Shown: one piece after another, positions 21,031-32,158 of the stretch | How the letters are laid out: every line of letters begins with the position of its first letter | Numbering within the stretch: the stretch's first letter is position 1 | DNA from: Candidatus Versatilivorator sp. | GTDB taxonomy: Bacteria > Acidobacteriota > Terriglobia > Versatilivoradales > Versatilivoraceae | Length of the DNA stretch: 64,000 bases | Direction: 5' to 3' | Assembly (NCBI GenBank): GCA_965207735.1 | Contig: OZ242296.1 | Span: 4,448,001-4,512,000, forward strand | Made by a program: the position numbers and the translations under genes | The notes under the pieces: model-generated | What the model saw: the letters and a program-made list of their open reading frames with translations, nothing else | What the model was told of the DNA's origin: nothing | Database searches by the model: none

Positions 21031-22104
21031 TCCGGATCGGCGGCCGGCTGTCTCCTGCTGGTCCTGCTGACGGCCGCGACGGGATGTCGGGCGCCCGTCT
21101 CCATCCAGGAATACCGCTTCCAGGGCAGCAGCATGGGAACCACTTTCGAGGTGAAGGTGGTGGCCTCCCTGCTGCCGGAGCAACAACAGGAGCTGGTGCG
21201 GGAGGCCATTCAGGCTCAACTGCAGGACATCGACGGCAAGATGTCGACCTACCAGGAAGCTTCCGAAATCTCCCGCCTGAACCGCTCGCGCGAAACCACC
21301 CCCCAGCCGCTATCCCGGGAAACCTTCACGGTGCTGACCGAGGCCCTGAGAATCAGCCGGATTACCGACGGAGCCTTCGACATTACGGTTGGCCCCCTGG
21401 TCAATGCCTGGGGGTTCGGACCCGCGCCTCACCCGGCAGCCCTGCCCACGGCCGTCGAGATCGAGCAGTTGAAGTTGCAAAGCGGTTGGGAGAAAATTAA
21501 GCTGAATCCCCGGGCTCCCACGATTCGCAAGGGCGAGCCGGCCCTTTACCTGGACCTCTCGGCAATCGCCAAGGGCTATGCTGTCGATCGACTCTCGCAA
21601 GTCCTGGACGAAATGAACCTCACCAGACACATGGTGGAGCTGGGAGGCGAGGTAAGAACCAGTGGCCGCAATGCCGGCGGAAACCCCTGGAGGATTGCGA
21701 TCGAGAAACCCGTATCCGCCGGCAGGGCTTTGCAGCGGATTCTTCCCCTGGAGAACTTGGCCGTTGCCACCTCCGGAGACTACCGCAATTTTCACCGGGC
21801 GGAGGGGGGACACCTCTCTCACACCATCGATCCCAGGACGGGGCGACCGGTCCGACACGAGCTGGCTTCAGTCAGCGTGGTGGATGCCTCCTGCATGCGG
21901 GCCGACGGCTATGCCACCGCCCTGATGGTTTTGGGGGAAGGCGACGGCTATCGCCTGGCAACCGAGCAGGATCTGGCGGCGCTTTTTCTGGTGCGGACCC
22001 GTGAGGGATCTTTCCGGGAGATGGAGACGCCCGCCTTCCAGCGTCTTTTCCGGGCAAAGCCTACCGGGACCGGTCCGGACTCGGAAAGGGAGAGCGAATC
22101 GTGA
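20965..22104 (+). CDS. apbE: FAD:protein FMN transferase (lipoprotein)
   Basis: GSSMGT, GAFDITVGPL, LDLSAIAKGYAVD, ATSGDYRN, SHTIDPRTG; lipobox LTAATGC. Start uncertain (GTG 20965 or ATG 20830). Confidence 0.92.
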   Translation: MSGNRRNKRAARSRSGGGPTRRSGSAAGCLLLVLLTAATGCRAPVSIQEYRFQGSSMGTTFEVKVVASLLPEQQQELVREAIQAQLQDIDGKMSTYQEASEISRLNRSRETTPQPLSRETFTVLTEALRISRITDGAFDITVGPLVNAWGFGPAPHPAALPTAVEIEQLKLQSGWEKIKLNPRAPTIRKGEPALYLDLSAIAKGYAVDRLSQVLDEMNLTRHMVELGGEVRTSGRNAGGNPWRIAIEKPVSAGRALQRILPLENLAVATSGDYRNFHRAEGGHLSHTIDPRTGRPVRHELASVSVVDASCMRADGYATALMVLGEGDGYRLATEQDLAALFLVRTREGSFREMETPAFQRLFRAKPTGTGPDSERESES

Positions 22105-22294
22105 GTCTTTTCCTTGTCACGCTGGTTGTGGTCGGCTTGGTCATGGTCCTTATGGCGGTGGGTCTTTTCTTCAAGAGACCCTGCCTGCGCGGCTCATGCG
22201 GAGGCCCCGACCTGTTCGACTCCAAAGGAGAGTCTCTCACCTGCGCGGCCTGCCCCCGCCGGCGATCCCTCCACTCGGAGAAGGAACCTTCGGG

Positions 22295-22298
<4 letters not shown>
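22101..22298 (+). CDS. nqrM: NQR maturation protein NqrM-like
   Basis: TM helix then LRGSCGG..CAAC, directly after apbE. Confidence 0.8.
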
Positions 22299-23977
<1,679 letters not shown>

Positions 23978-24033
23978 GCAATACCTCCAGAATCACGAGA
24001 ATTCCCGGCCGAAGCTGCCGGAATTGGGGTGAG

Positions 24034-25147
24034 GGCCCGGCCGTGCGGATCACACAAGAGTGAAACAATCGAAAATCGGCCATCCTTTCGCGACCTTGGC
24101 ATCCCGTCGCGGTTAACCTCAACGCCTTGGTGGCCTTTCGTCGTCCTTCTTGTCCCTTCGTGGATAGCTCCTTTTTCTTTTGTTTCAGGAGAGCCGATCT
24201 CCGGTGCCTCGCGCTTTCGGCAATCTGCTGTCGCCGCCTTCGCGGCTCGACCTGGAGCTACCCCTTTCCATGGGCTCACGCCCACGGCTACCTGCTGCCG
24301 CCGCTCCGCGGCTCGATGGATCGCCCGGGCGTTCGCCCGGGATTTCTTATTGCCAACAAGTGTCGCCCCCGCCCTGTCGTGCGGATCATACGAGAGCAAA
24401 ACAATCAGAAATCGATCATCCCTTCGCAACCTTGGTACCCCGTCGCGGTTAACCTCAGCGCCTTAGTGCCCCTTCGTGGTCCTTCGTGGATCACTCTTTT
24501 TCTTTTGTCTTTTGTCGGTTGTTTCAGGCAAGTTCCGCCCCCGCCCTGCCGTGCGGATCATTCGAGAGTGAAACAATCAGAAATCGACAATCCTTTCGCG
24601 AACTTGGTATCCCGTCGCGGTTAACCTCAGCGCCTTCGTGTCCCTTCGTGGTCCTTCGTGCCCCTTCGTGGATAAGTCTTTTTCTTTGTCTTTTGTCGGT
24701 TGTTTCAGGCAAGCGAGGCCCCCGCCCCCCACGACGGGGCGGATCATTCGAAGGTGAAGAAACAGGGTTGTTTCAGACAAGCCGGGCCCCCGCTTTGCCG
24801 TGCGGATCATACATAGAGTGAAACAATTGGAAATCGACCATCCCTTCGCGACCTTGATACCCCGTCGCGGTCAACCTCAGCGCCTTCGTGCCCCTTCGTC
24901 GTTCTTCGTGCCCCTTCGTGGATAAGTTTTTTGTCTTTTGTCTTTTTTCGGTTGTTTCAGACAAGCCGGACCCCCGCCCTGTCGCGCGGATCATACGAGA
25001 ATGAAACAATCAGAAATCGACAATCCCTTCGCGAACTTGGCACCCCGTCGCGGTTAACCTCAGCGCCTTAGTGCCCCTTCGTGGTCCTTCGTGCCCCTTC
25101 GTGGATAAGTCTTTTTCTTTTGTCTCTTGTCGTTTGTTTCAGGCAAG
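24034..25147 (+). repeat. Tandem array of six non-autonomous IS110-ended elements (24034-24193, 24361-24532, 24533-24713, 24714-24781 empty, 24782-24965, 24966-25147)
   Basis: Each begins ..CCCCGCCC..CGGATCA..GAGTGAAAC (with variants) and ends TGTTTCAG(G/A)CAAG (first unit ends CAGGAGAG); the array abuts the IS110 element. Confidence 0.9.
24229..24314. repeat. REP-like repeat family C
   Basis: CCATGGGCT.ACGCCCACGGCTACCTGCTGCCG motif; copies at ~35257-35304, 50044-50240, 57174-57259. Confidence 0.8.
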
Positions 25148-25199
25148 TCCCGCCCCCGCCCCCCACGACGGGCGGATCATTCGAGGGTGAAACAACGGA

Positions 25200-25390
25200 T
25201 CATTGTGAAAGAATAAGCACCTGGCGAGACTCCGGCAGCTACGCCCCGTTCCAGCATTGGTGCCCCGTGCCCCAAGACAAGTCTGGGTCCGAGCAGGTCA
25301 TCATTCATTAGTGAGGCTTCCCGGGAAGCTCTCCTCAAGGCAAGAATCCGAACGACCACGCCAACTCGGGCCGGAGCCCTCGCCCTGGAG
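25200..25390 (+). ncRNA. Putative bridge/seek RNA in the IS110 5' non-coding region
   Basis: GGCGAG-A-CTCCGGC can pair with GCCGGAG-CC-CTCGCC; inner hairpin GCTTCC-CG-GGAAGC; position matches IS110-group bridge RNAs. Expression not shown. Confidence 0.6.
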
Positions 25391-25402
25391 GAGGCCAATC
25401 TC

Positions 25403-26809
25403 ATGCAAAAGAGCAGGAAAGTCAACACGAAGGCGAAGAAGACCCCGAAGAAGAAGCGCAGCCGTTCGACAGCCTTGTCGCGGATCCACCCCGAGGTGGC
25501 AGGGATCGACCTGGGGAGTCGGGAGCACTGGGTGTGCGCTCCGGAGGTGACCCCAGGGAAGCCGAACGTGCGCACCTTCGGCACCACCATGGAGCAGTTG
25601 CAGCAACTGGCCGACTGGTTGCTGGAGCAAGGGGTGGAGTCGGTGGCGATGGAGAGCACCAACGTGTATTGGATTCCCCTCTACGAACTGCTGGAGTCCT
25701 GCGGCATCGAGGTCTTGCTGGTCAACGCCCGGCAGTTGCGCTACGTTCCGGGCCGCAAGACCGACATGCGGGACTGCCAGTGGATCCAGTTGCTGCACAG
25801 TTGCGGCTTGCTGCGGGGATCCTTCCGTCCGCACGAGGCGATCGTCCGGGTTCGGACCCTGCACCGGCAACTGAGCACTCTGGGGGCCGAGAGTACCCGC
25901 TTTGTGCAGTGGATGCAGAAGGCGCTGGATCAGATGAACGTCCAGATCCATCGTGCGGTCACCGATCTGACCGGTCAGACGGGGATGGCGATCGTGCGGG
26001 CGATTGTCGACGGCGAACGGGACCCGGTCCGTCTGGCGGGTCTGCGGGACCGACGGTGCAAGAAGTCCAGCCGGGAGTTTGCCGAGCACCTCAGAGGCAA
26101 CTGGCGAGAAGAGCATCTGTTCAACCTCAAGTCGGCGCTGAAGCTCTACGACATGACTCAACGCGAGATTGCGGCCTATGAGGCCCGCATCCTGGAGGAA
26201 ATCCAGGCGCTGCAACCGGTGGAGCGCCACGACCAGCCCGTGCCGAAGCATCCCAATGCGATCAAGGAAAAGGCGATTCGCCGCCGCGGTGGGCACCACC
26301 TGCGCACCGAACTGTGGCGCTTTGCCGGAGTCGATCTGACGCGTATCGACGGCATCGGCACCGAAGCGGCCCTGACCCTGCTGACTGAGGCCGGCCTCGA
26401 CCTGACGGCCTTCCCCTCGGAGAAGCACTTTGTATCCTGGCTGCGCCTGGCTCCAAAAACGGCCGTCTCCGCAGGCAAGCCGCTCCACTACAAGAAGGCC
26501 AACAGCACCGGGTCTACTCGCGCCGCCGCCGTCCTGCGCATGGCAGCCGTCTCTCTGAAGCACTCCAAGACCGCTCTGGGGGCCGCCTTCCGTCGCAAGG
26601 CCCGCCACAAGGGATGGAGTGTCGCCGTCTTCTCCATGGCTCGCCGGCTGGCCGTTCTCGTCTACCGCATGCTGCGCTACGGCCAGGACTACATCGACAT
26701 CGGGGAAGCGTGCTACGAGGACCGGTTCCGGCGACGACGCCTCGCGGGCCTCAAAGATGCCGCTAAGTCTCTTGGTTTCAACCTGGTTCCACAAATCGCA
26801 GCCGCTTGA
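25403..26809 (+). CDS. IS110-family DEDD recombinase/transposase
   Basis: AGIDLG, VAMESTNVYW, GRKTDMRDCQW, IDGIG, FVSWLRLAP..SAGK; GGAGG RBS. Confidence 0.95.
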   Translation: MQKSRKVNTKAKKTPKKKRSRSTALSRIHPEVAGIDLGSREHWVCAPEVTPGKPNVRTFGTTMEQLQQLADWLLEQGVESVAMESTNVYWIPLYELLESCGIEVLLVNARQLRYVPGRKTDMRDCQWIQLLHSCGLLRGSFRPHEAIVRVRTLHRQLSTLGAESTRFVQWMQKALDQMNVQIHRAVTDLTGQTGMAIVRAIVDGERDPVRLAGLRDRRCKKSSREFAEHLRGNWREEHLFNLKSALKLYDMTQREIAAYEARILEEIQALQPVERHDQPVPKHPNAIKEKAIRRRGGHHLRTELWRFAGVDLTRIDGIGTEAALTLLTEAGLDLTAFPSEKHFVSWLRLAPKTAVSAGKPLHYKKANSTGSTRAAAVLRMAAVSLKHSKTALGAAFRRKARHKGWSVAVFSMARRLAVLVYRMLRYGQDYIDIGEACYEDRFRRRRLAGLKDAAKSLGFNLVPQIAAA

Positions 26810-26860
26810 ACTGCGGGGTTGTTTCAGGCAAGCACCCCCCGTCCCCTACGAGGGGCCGGA

Positions 26861-27511
26861 TCAGCGCCGCCGCAAGAGAATATAGAGGGCTCCGCCGCCT
26901 CCGTCTGCGAGACGAGCCGATGCATAGGCGATGACGTGACGGCTCATGCGCCGGGTGTCCAGCCATTTCGACAGCCTTTCCTTCAATGTCGGCCGACCCT
27001 CCCTCGAGTGGTTTCCCCGCCCGTGAACCACCCGTACGCATCCATGGCCCTGCTTGAGGCTGGAATGGATGAAATCCTCGAAGGCTTTCCTGGCCTCGGT
27101 GGCGACAAGTCCGTGCAGATCGAGGTGAGCCTGTACCGAAAAACGCCCCTTCCTCAGGCTGCCGATCCAGCGGCGGCCCTCGGGATGCGGTGTCCCCTCC
27201 AGGTATTCTCCACTCATGGTCAAGTCGAAACGTCCCTTCCCGGAGACAAACTCCTGTAGCAAGCGCAACCCTTCCTCCTCGTCGTCAATGGGACCCGGGA
27301 TTTCGAGCACCGGAGTCGCCCGGGATGGAGCGGAACTCCAACCCAGGGGAGCCACCTCCCGCATGGACCGGGCGAACAATTGGTCGTCGCTGAGGGTCTC
27401 GGGCAATCCGACCGGGGCCTTCGCCTTTTCCGGAACTGCCACGGGGGATCGCCGACGAATCCGAGCCAATTCGGCAAACGACTTGAAGGCTCGATAGGCG
27501 GGCTTCTTCAT
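26861..27511 (-). CDS. Smr/MutS2-domain endonuclease
   Basis: LDLHGL, VVHGRG, GGGGALYILL. Confidence 0.9.
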   Translation of the reverse strand: MKKPAYRAFKSFAELARIRRRSPVAVPEKAKAPVGLPETLSDDQLFARSMREVAPLGWSSAPSRATPVLEIPGPIDDEEEGLRLLQEFVSGKGRFDLTMSGEYLEGTPHPEGRRWIGSLRKGRFSVQAHLDLHGLVATEARKAFEDFIHSSLKQGHGCVRVVHGRGNHSREGRPTLKERLSKWLDTRRMSRHVIAYASARLADGGGGALYILLRRR

Positions 27512-27804
27512 GTCATGAATTCCTTCAGGACAGGCAGAGCCAAGACTCAACCTCACAGAAACACACCGACGATCAGAGCCGCTCTGACAGCCAGCACAAC
27601 TTTCATGATCAGAGCGATCCTGCGCCTCTGAAAACAGAACAGGCACTGCGCGGGTTGGCTCAACTCAATCATCGGCGCCGGAAAGGGAGGGAGGGTACAA
27701 CCGGAGCCATTTTACGCCAGAAGGGGACCACGGGTAAACTGACTGCAGAGGGAGCGAGGCCGGCGGCGGGCTGAATCCGCACCAGCGTTTCCAGGTATGT
27801 TCGG

Positions 27805-28284
27805 TCAGGCCGCTTCCACGTCGGCGGAGACGACTGGCGACTCTCCCCAATGCGGACCATAGAGTTGAATCAAATGGGAGGTCGTCTTCTCGAACCCGTT
27901 CAGGTAGGCGCCCTGGAGAAGACGGCGGTTCTGTCCGACCCAGGGACCGGCGAGTCCCTCCAGGTAGTGGCTGCGGAGAATCCGGCGAATCTCCCGGCCC
28001 AGCCGGTCGGAAACACCCGGGGCCAGGGAATCTCGAGACGACGCCGGGGTTTCCCGAATGCTCTTCAACCGGGCCTGAATATCGCGGTGAATGTCGAAGG
28101 CCGCCCCGGCAAACCCCCAGGCGATCAGCATCCCAAGTATCTGGCGCTCTCTGTGGACCCCGTCTCGAAATCGGTCCAGCCATTCACCCGTCTCCACCGG
28201 CAGTGTCAGTTCCATGGCAACCTCCTGGATATCTTCCCTCGAAAGAAAACTTTCCGAATGACCGGCAGGAAATTCATCTGCCAC
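27805..28284 (-). CDS. Hypothetical protein downstream of lexA
   Basis: 159 aa, GAGGGG RBS before GTG, 20 nt after the lexA stop. Confidence 0.65.
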   Translation of the reverse strand: MADEFPAGHSESFLSREDIQEVAMELTLPVETGEWLDRFRDGVHRERQILGMLIAWGFAGAAFDIHRDIQARLKSIRETPASSRDSLAPGVSDRLGREIRRILRSHYLEGLAGPWVGQNRRLLQGAYLNGFEKTTSHLIQLYGPHWGESPVVSADVEAA

Positions 28285-28303
28285 GCCCCTCAGGACGAGG
28301 TGA

Positions 28304-28912
28304 CTAGAACCGTCGAAAGACTCCGATCACCTTGCCGACGATTTCAACCTCTTCCGGCCCCAGCTCGATGACCTGGTAGCGGGGGTTTTCCGGCTTCAGA
28401 CGAATCTTTCCGTCCGATCGATAGAAACGCTTCAGCGTGGCTTCGTCCCCGTCGACCCGAGCGACCACGATCTCTCCGTTTTCGGCCGTGGGCTGTTTTC
28501 TGACCAGAACCATATCTGCCGGCAGAATGTGAGCGTCGATCATGCTGTCCCCTTCCACTTTCAGCAGGAATACGGTTTCGTCCCCGACCCAATCGCGTGG
28601 CAAAGGAACCGTCCCCTCCCGGTTCTCCTCGGCCAGAATGGGGAGGCCGGCCTGAATGCGTCCCAGCAAAGGTAGCTCCACGGACCGTTCATTTCCGGTC
28701 ACCCCGCCTCGGGGCACGTTGGCCCGCGACTTGGACGGCTGGTGGTCCAAATATCCCTTGGCCCGCAGCACCTCGATATGTTGCTGGATGGCCTGGGCTG
28801 ACTTTCCCAGCGCCTGGGCCACCTCTCTCACCGAGGGAGGCAACCCCTGACGGATGCAGTAATCGTGTATATATTCGTACACTCGACGCTGCTTTTCGGT
28901 TAACGCTCTCAT
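28304..28912 (-). CDS. lexA: SOS repressor LexA
   Basis: LTEKQ..PPSVREVA wHTH, IQAG-LP cleavage site, GDSM serine, ATLKRF lysine; start MRALT after AGGAGG. Confidence 0.95.
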   Translation of the reverse strand: MRALTEKQRRVYEYIHDYCIRQGLPPSVREVAQALGKSAQAIQQHIEVLRAKGYLDHQPSKSRANVPRGGVTGNERSVELPLLGRIQAGLPILAEENREGTVPLPRDWVGDETVFLLKVEGDSMIDAHILPADMVLVRKQPTAENGEIVVARVDGDEATLKRFYRSDGKIRLKPENPRYQVIELGPEEVEIVGKVIGVFRRF

Positions 28913-29018
28913 GAGCCTGCCCTCCTGGAGGCCGGCACCCACCTCGAAGCCCCAGCCGCCACCTCGGTCCGGCCGACCGCGCGCTCTGGAGACTGCAATC
29001 GACGCCACATCAGGATAC

Positions 29019-29058
29019 GGACACACGTCAATATAGACATCTGTCCATATATTGTCAA
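29019..29058 (-). promoter_or_regulatory. lexA sigma70 promoter with two GAC-N4-GTC palindromes
   Basis: Minus strand TTGACA-17 nt-TATATT; GACACACGTC (29020-29029) and GACATCTGTC (29036-29045). Confidence 0.75.
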
Positions 29059-29149
29059 GGGGAACATTACGTGGACCGGCACTGCGTTCCCGAAGGGCGG
29101 ACCTGATTCTCCGCCTACGCGGCTGCGGGTGTCGGCGATCGTCACTTAC

Positions 29150-29650
29150 GGGGCGCCGCGTTTGCCCCCCTCCGGATCGACTGCGGGCTTCGCCCATTCG
29201 TAGTCGCTCTCGGGGCGCCGAGCTTGCCCCCCTCCGGATCGACTGCGGGCTGCGCCCTTGTCTCTCCGACTCCCCCTCAAGGGGGGAGTGATACTTGAGG
29301 CTTGCATGGGGCGCCTTGCCCAATTGGCGGGCAGGATGTAAACCATGTTCCCGGTCTACCGCATTAACTCCGTTCCCTCTTTATAAAACGGATATCACTC
29401 CCCCCTTGAGGGGGAGTCGCAGAAGTCGAGCCGAATGGCGAAGGCTGATGCGGTGGGGGGCCGACGCGGCGCCTCCGAACGGCAGCGCCGGATGGCGAAG
29501 GCTGATGCGGTGGGGGGTTCGCACAAGGCGAGCCACAGGCGAGATCTTGTGCGCCGTAGCGGTAACCGCCGGCGTGCGTCGGTTGCGGTGGGGGAGTCGC
29601 AGCCGAGCCGAATGGCGAAGGCTGATGCGGTGGGGGGCGGACGCCGGGCC
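29150..29650. repeat. Repeat family B cluster
   Basis: CCCCCTCCGGATCGACTGCGGGC twice, paired palindromes, GGCGAAGGCTGATGCGGTGGGGGG three times. Confidence 0.85.
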
Positions 29651-29871
29651 GCCCTTACTGGCGGGGAAAACCACCCGCGCCCGCGCTGCCGCTTTCAGTT
29701 CCTCTCCGGAACCGTCATAATCGTGATGACCACTCCGCCGATGGCTTGGGAGCTCCTCGGGGCTTCCACCGGTCGGGGACCGGGATTTGGACCCATTCCA
29801 TGAGCCGGCCCTGCAGACGGGCCGGATGTCATCAAAAAATAGAAACCGAAGCAGCCGGGCTTTCGTTGTAA

Positions 29872-30498
29872 ATGTATGACAAAAGAAGCCGGGCTGCGGG
29901 CAGGAACACCGGGACGATGACGCCGCAGACCGAACTGGTTCGACGCAGCCAGCAAGGCGATGTACAGGCCTTCGAAGAACTGGTTGCCAGTTGCCAGCAA
30001 CGGGTGTTCGGTCTGATCTACCAGGTCCTTAGATCGCCGGAGGAGGTGGAAGACGTCGCGCAGGAGGTTTTCACCAAGCTGTACTTTTCTCTACCTCAAT
30101 TTCGTTTGGATTCCTCCTTTCAGGCCTGGCTCTACCGAATCGTAGTCAACCAGTGCTATGACCATTTGCGAAAGCGCAAGCGCACCCCTCAAATCAACTA
30201 TTCCGATCTTTCGGAAACCGAGGCCTCGGTCTTTGAAAGTCTACCGTCGCTCACCAAATCCAGGCCTCCCGATATCGGGAAGACCGTGGAAATGCGGGAG
30301 ATCGCGGACCGCTTGCTGAGCCTGCTGCCGCCCGCGGATCGCATGATGCTGGTGCTGAAGGAAATGGAGGACTTCTCGATCGAGGATTTGTCGGGTGTCT
30401 TCAAGATCTCCAAGAACGCTGTAAAGCTGAGGTTGTTCCGAGCGCGCCACCAATTGCGGCGTGCCTATGAGAAGGGGAGGCTCCCTCGGGGGAAGTAG
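29872..30498 (+). CDS. ECF RNA polymerase sigma factor
   Basis: EDVAQEVF, FQAWLYRIVVN, VKLRLFRAR; start could be 29916. Confidence 0.92.
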   Translation: MYDKRSRAAGRNTGTMTPQTELVRRSQQGDVQAFEELVASCQQRVFGLIYQVLRSPEEVEDVAQEVFTKLYFSLPQFRLDSSFQAWLYRIVVNQCYDHLRKRKRTPQINYSDLSETEASVFESLPSLTKSRPPDIGKTVEMREIADRLLSLLPPADRMMLVLKEMEDFSIEDLSGVFKISKNAVKLRLFRARHQLRRAYEKGRLPRGK

Positions 30499-30502
30499 CC
30501 AT

Positions 30503-31030
30503 ATGGGCCATCGAACAGTCCGGTCTCAGTTGGAAGAATTTGCCGAATCCAAGCTGTCGCCGGAACAAAGGAAAGTGGTTGAGCGGCACTTGGCGAATTG
30601 TTCCGCCTGCAACCGGCACCTGCGCGCCCTGGGGTGGATCCGAGCATTGATGCGGGCGACCAGTCTGACCAACCATCCGGAACCGTCCCCGGGTTTTGCC
30701 CGGAGGCTGGCAAGGCGCCTGGAGAGCCACCGGGAAGTCTACCTCTTCTGGCTACCGCTTCGTGCCATGGCCCTGAAAGCCATCCCGGTGATGGCGCTTC
30801 TGACGATTCTCCTGGGAGCCATGGCTTTCCTTCAAGGACCCTCGGAAGCACCGACCCTTGCCGCCTGGGAAGATCCCCTGCTCGAATCCTACTCGGAGCA
30901 GCAAGACGGAATGACGGAAGCCGTATTCTCGGAAGCCGTTGCCGGAGATCCGAACCTGGCCGTCCGAACATTGATGGGAGATCCCGCGATTGGAATCGCG
31001 GTGGATGATGACTATGATGAATCTTTCTAA
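30503..31030 (+). CDS. Zinc-finger anti-sigma factor
   Basis: HLANCSAC (HxxxCxxC) plus TM helix, directly after the ECF sigma. Confidence 0.85.
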   Translation: MGHRTVRSQLEEFAESKLSPEQRKVVERHLANCSACNRHLRALGWIRALMRATSLTNHPEPSPGFARRLARRLESHREVYLFWLPLRAMALKAIPVMALLTILLGAMAFLQGPSEAPTLAAWEDPLLESYSEQQDGMTEAVFSEAVAGDPNLAVRTLMGDPAIGIAVDDDYDESF

Positions 31031-31406
31031 GTTCAAGGCCCTGTTGGTCATTGCGGTTGTCTTCGTGCTGGGGGCGGTGGCCGGCGCCTCGCTCAGCCGG
31101 ACCGTTCTTCGGTCGATTTCCGCTTGGGGACCCCACCACCACTCCCGCGGACCCTTCATTGAGAAGCTACAGAAACGGCTCGACCTTTCCGGTGAACAGA
31201 GGACGCAAGTTCAAGCCATACTGGATGAATCCCACCAACAGTTCGGCAGGCTGCACAAAAGCGTCAAGCCTCAGTTCGAAACCATTCGCCAACAGATGGC
31301 GGAGAGGATTCGCAAAGAGTTGAATCCGGACCAAGCCCGGGAATTCGCGGCCATGCGCGCCGAGTACGAACAGCGCAAGGCCAAGCGTGAGAAGAAGTAC
31401 CGGTGA
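31014..31406 (+). CDS. Periplasmic Spy/CpxP-like helical protein
   Basis: TM helix then LDLSGEQ..LNPDQ (LTxxQ-like) motifs. Confidence 0.7.
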   Translation: MMNLSKFKALLVIAVVFVLGAVAGASLSRTVLRSISAWGPHHHSRGPFIEKLQKRLDLSGEQRTQVQAILDESHQQFGRLHKSVKPQFETIRQQMAERIRKELNPDQAREFAAMRAEYEQRKAKREKKYR

Positions 31407-31462
31407 GATTGCCTGCACTCTCCGCAAGTCCTTTCCCTATCCCGCCGATCGGCATCCGTTTA

Positions 31463-32158
31463 ATGCACCCCCTTTTGGTCCTCTCCTTTTCCCTGATGCT
31501 GACGGTCCCGTTCGCCTCAGCATGCCTTGGCTCCGATGCGGACAGGAGCGCCAAGGGCCCTGCTCGGTACAAGGGACGCATCATTGCTCCGGTGATGAGC
31601 GCCTCCGGGGCCGATTGGCTGAATCGGCCCGAACGGGAGAAGATGGAGATTCCCGATCGCCTGCTGGATGCCCTGCAGATCGAATCCGGGATGACGGTGG
31701 CGGACGTGGGGGCCGGAATCGGTTACTTCAGTTGGAGAATCGCCAAACGGGTGGGCCCCGAGGGTCGGGTACTGGCGGTGGAAATCCAGCCTGAGATGCT
31801 GGAACGTCTAGGTGCGGAGATGAAGAAGCGGGACATCAGGAATGTCCGGTCCATCCTGGGAACGCCGGTGGACCCGAATCTGCCCGCCCAATCGGTGGAC
31901 CTGGCGCTCATGGTGGACGTCTACCACGAGTTTCAGCACCCGGAGGCGATGGTTGCCAAGATCCGCGAGTCCCTCAAGGAGAACGGCCGCATGGTCCTGG
32001 TGGAATACCGTGGCGAGGACCCGACGGTGCCCATCAGGCCTGAACACAAGATGACGGTCAAGCAGGTCCTGCTGGAAGTCCTGCCCATGGGCTTCCAACT
32101 TCAATCCAGGCTCGACTTTCTTCCCTGGCAGCACGTTTTTGTCTTTGTCAAGGACTAA
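31463..32158 (+). CDS. Class I SAM-dependent methyltransferase, probably exported
   Basis: VADVGAGIGYF, VDVYHEF, LPWQH; N-terminal signal-like segment. Confidence 0.88.
   Translation: MHPLLVLSFSLMLTVPFASACLGSDADRSAKGPARYKGRIIAPVMSASGADWLNRPEREKMEIPDRLLDALQIESGMTVADVGAGIGYFSWRIAKRVGPEGRVLAVEIQPEMLERLGAEMKKRDIRNVRSILGTPVDPNLPAQSVDLALMVDVYHEFQHPEAMVAKIRESLKENGRMVLVEYRGEDPTVPIRPEHKMTVKQVLLEVLPMGFQLQSRLDFLPWQHVFVFVKD

Larger units (their letters stand above)
25148..26832 (+). mobile_element. IS110-family element
   Basis: Transposase plus ends matching the mini-elements; subterminal inverted TGAAACAAC / GTTGTTTCA; AG at both boundaries. Exact ends inferred from the array periodicity. Confidence 0.88.

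Noticed and set aside
24361-25147. CRISPR or TIGR array
   Set aside because: Units are mostly ~170-185 bp with homologous rather than unique interiors, there are no cas genes, and the period is far from the short repeats of CRISPR or TIGR arrays.
25301-26794. 497-aa minus-strand ORF
   Set aside because: Shadow of the IS110 transposase.
27515-27800. Possible ncRNA upstream of the Smr gene
   Set aside because: Short hairpins (TCAGAG-CCG-CTCTGA) are present, but I recognise no family and see no second copy.
28913-29323. 137-aa N-terminal extension of LexA
   Set aside because: Runs through the promoter and repeat family B; a strong RBS supports the 28912 start.
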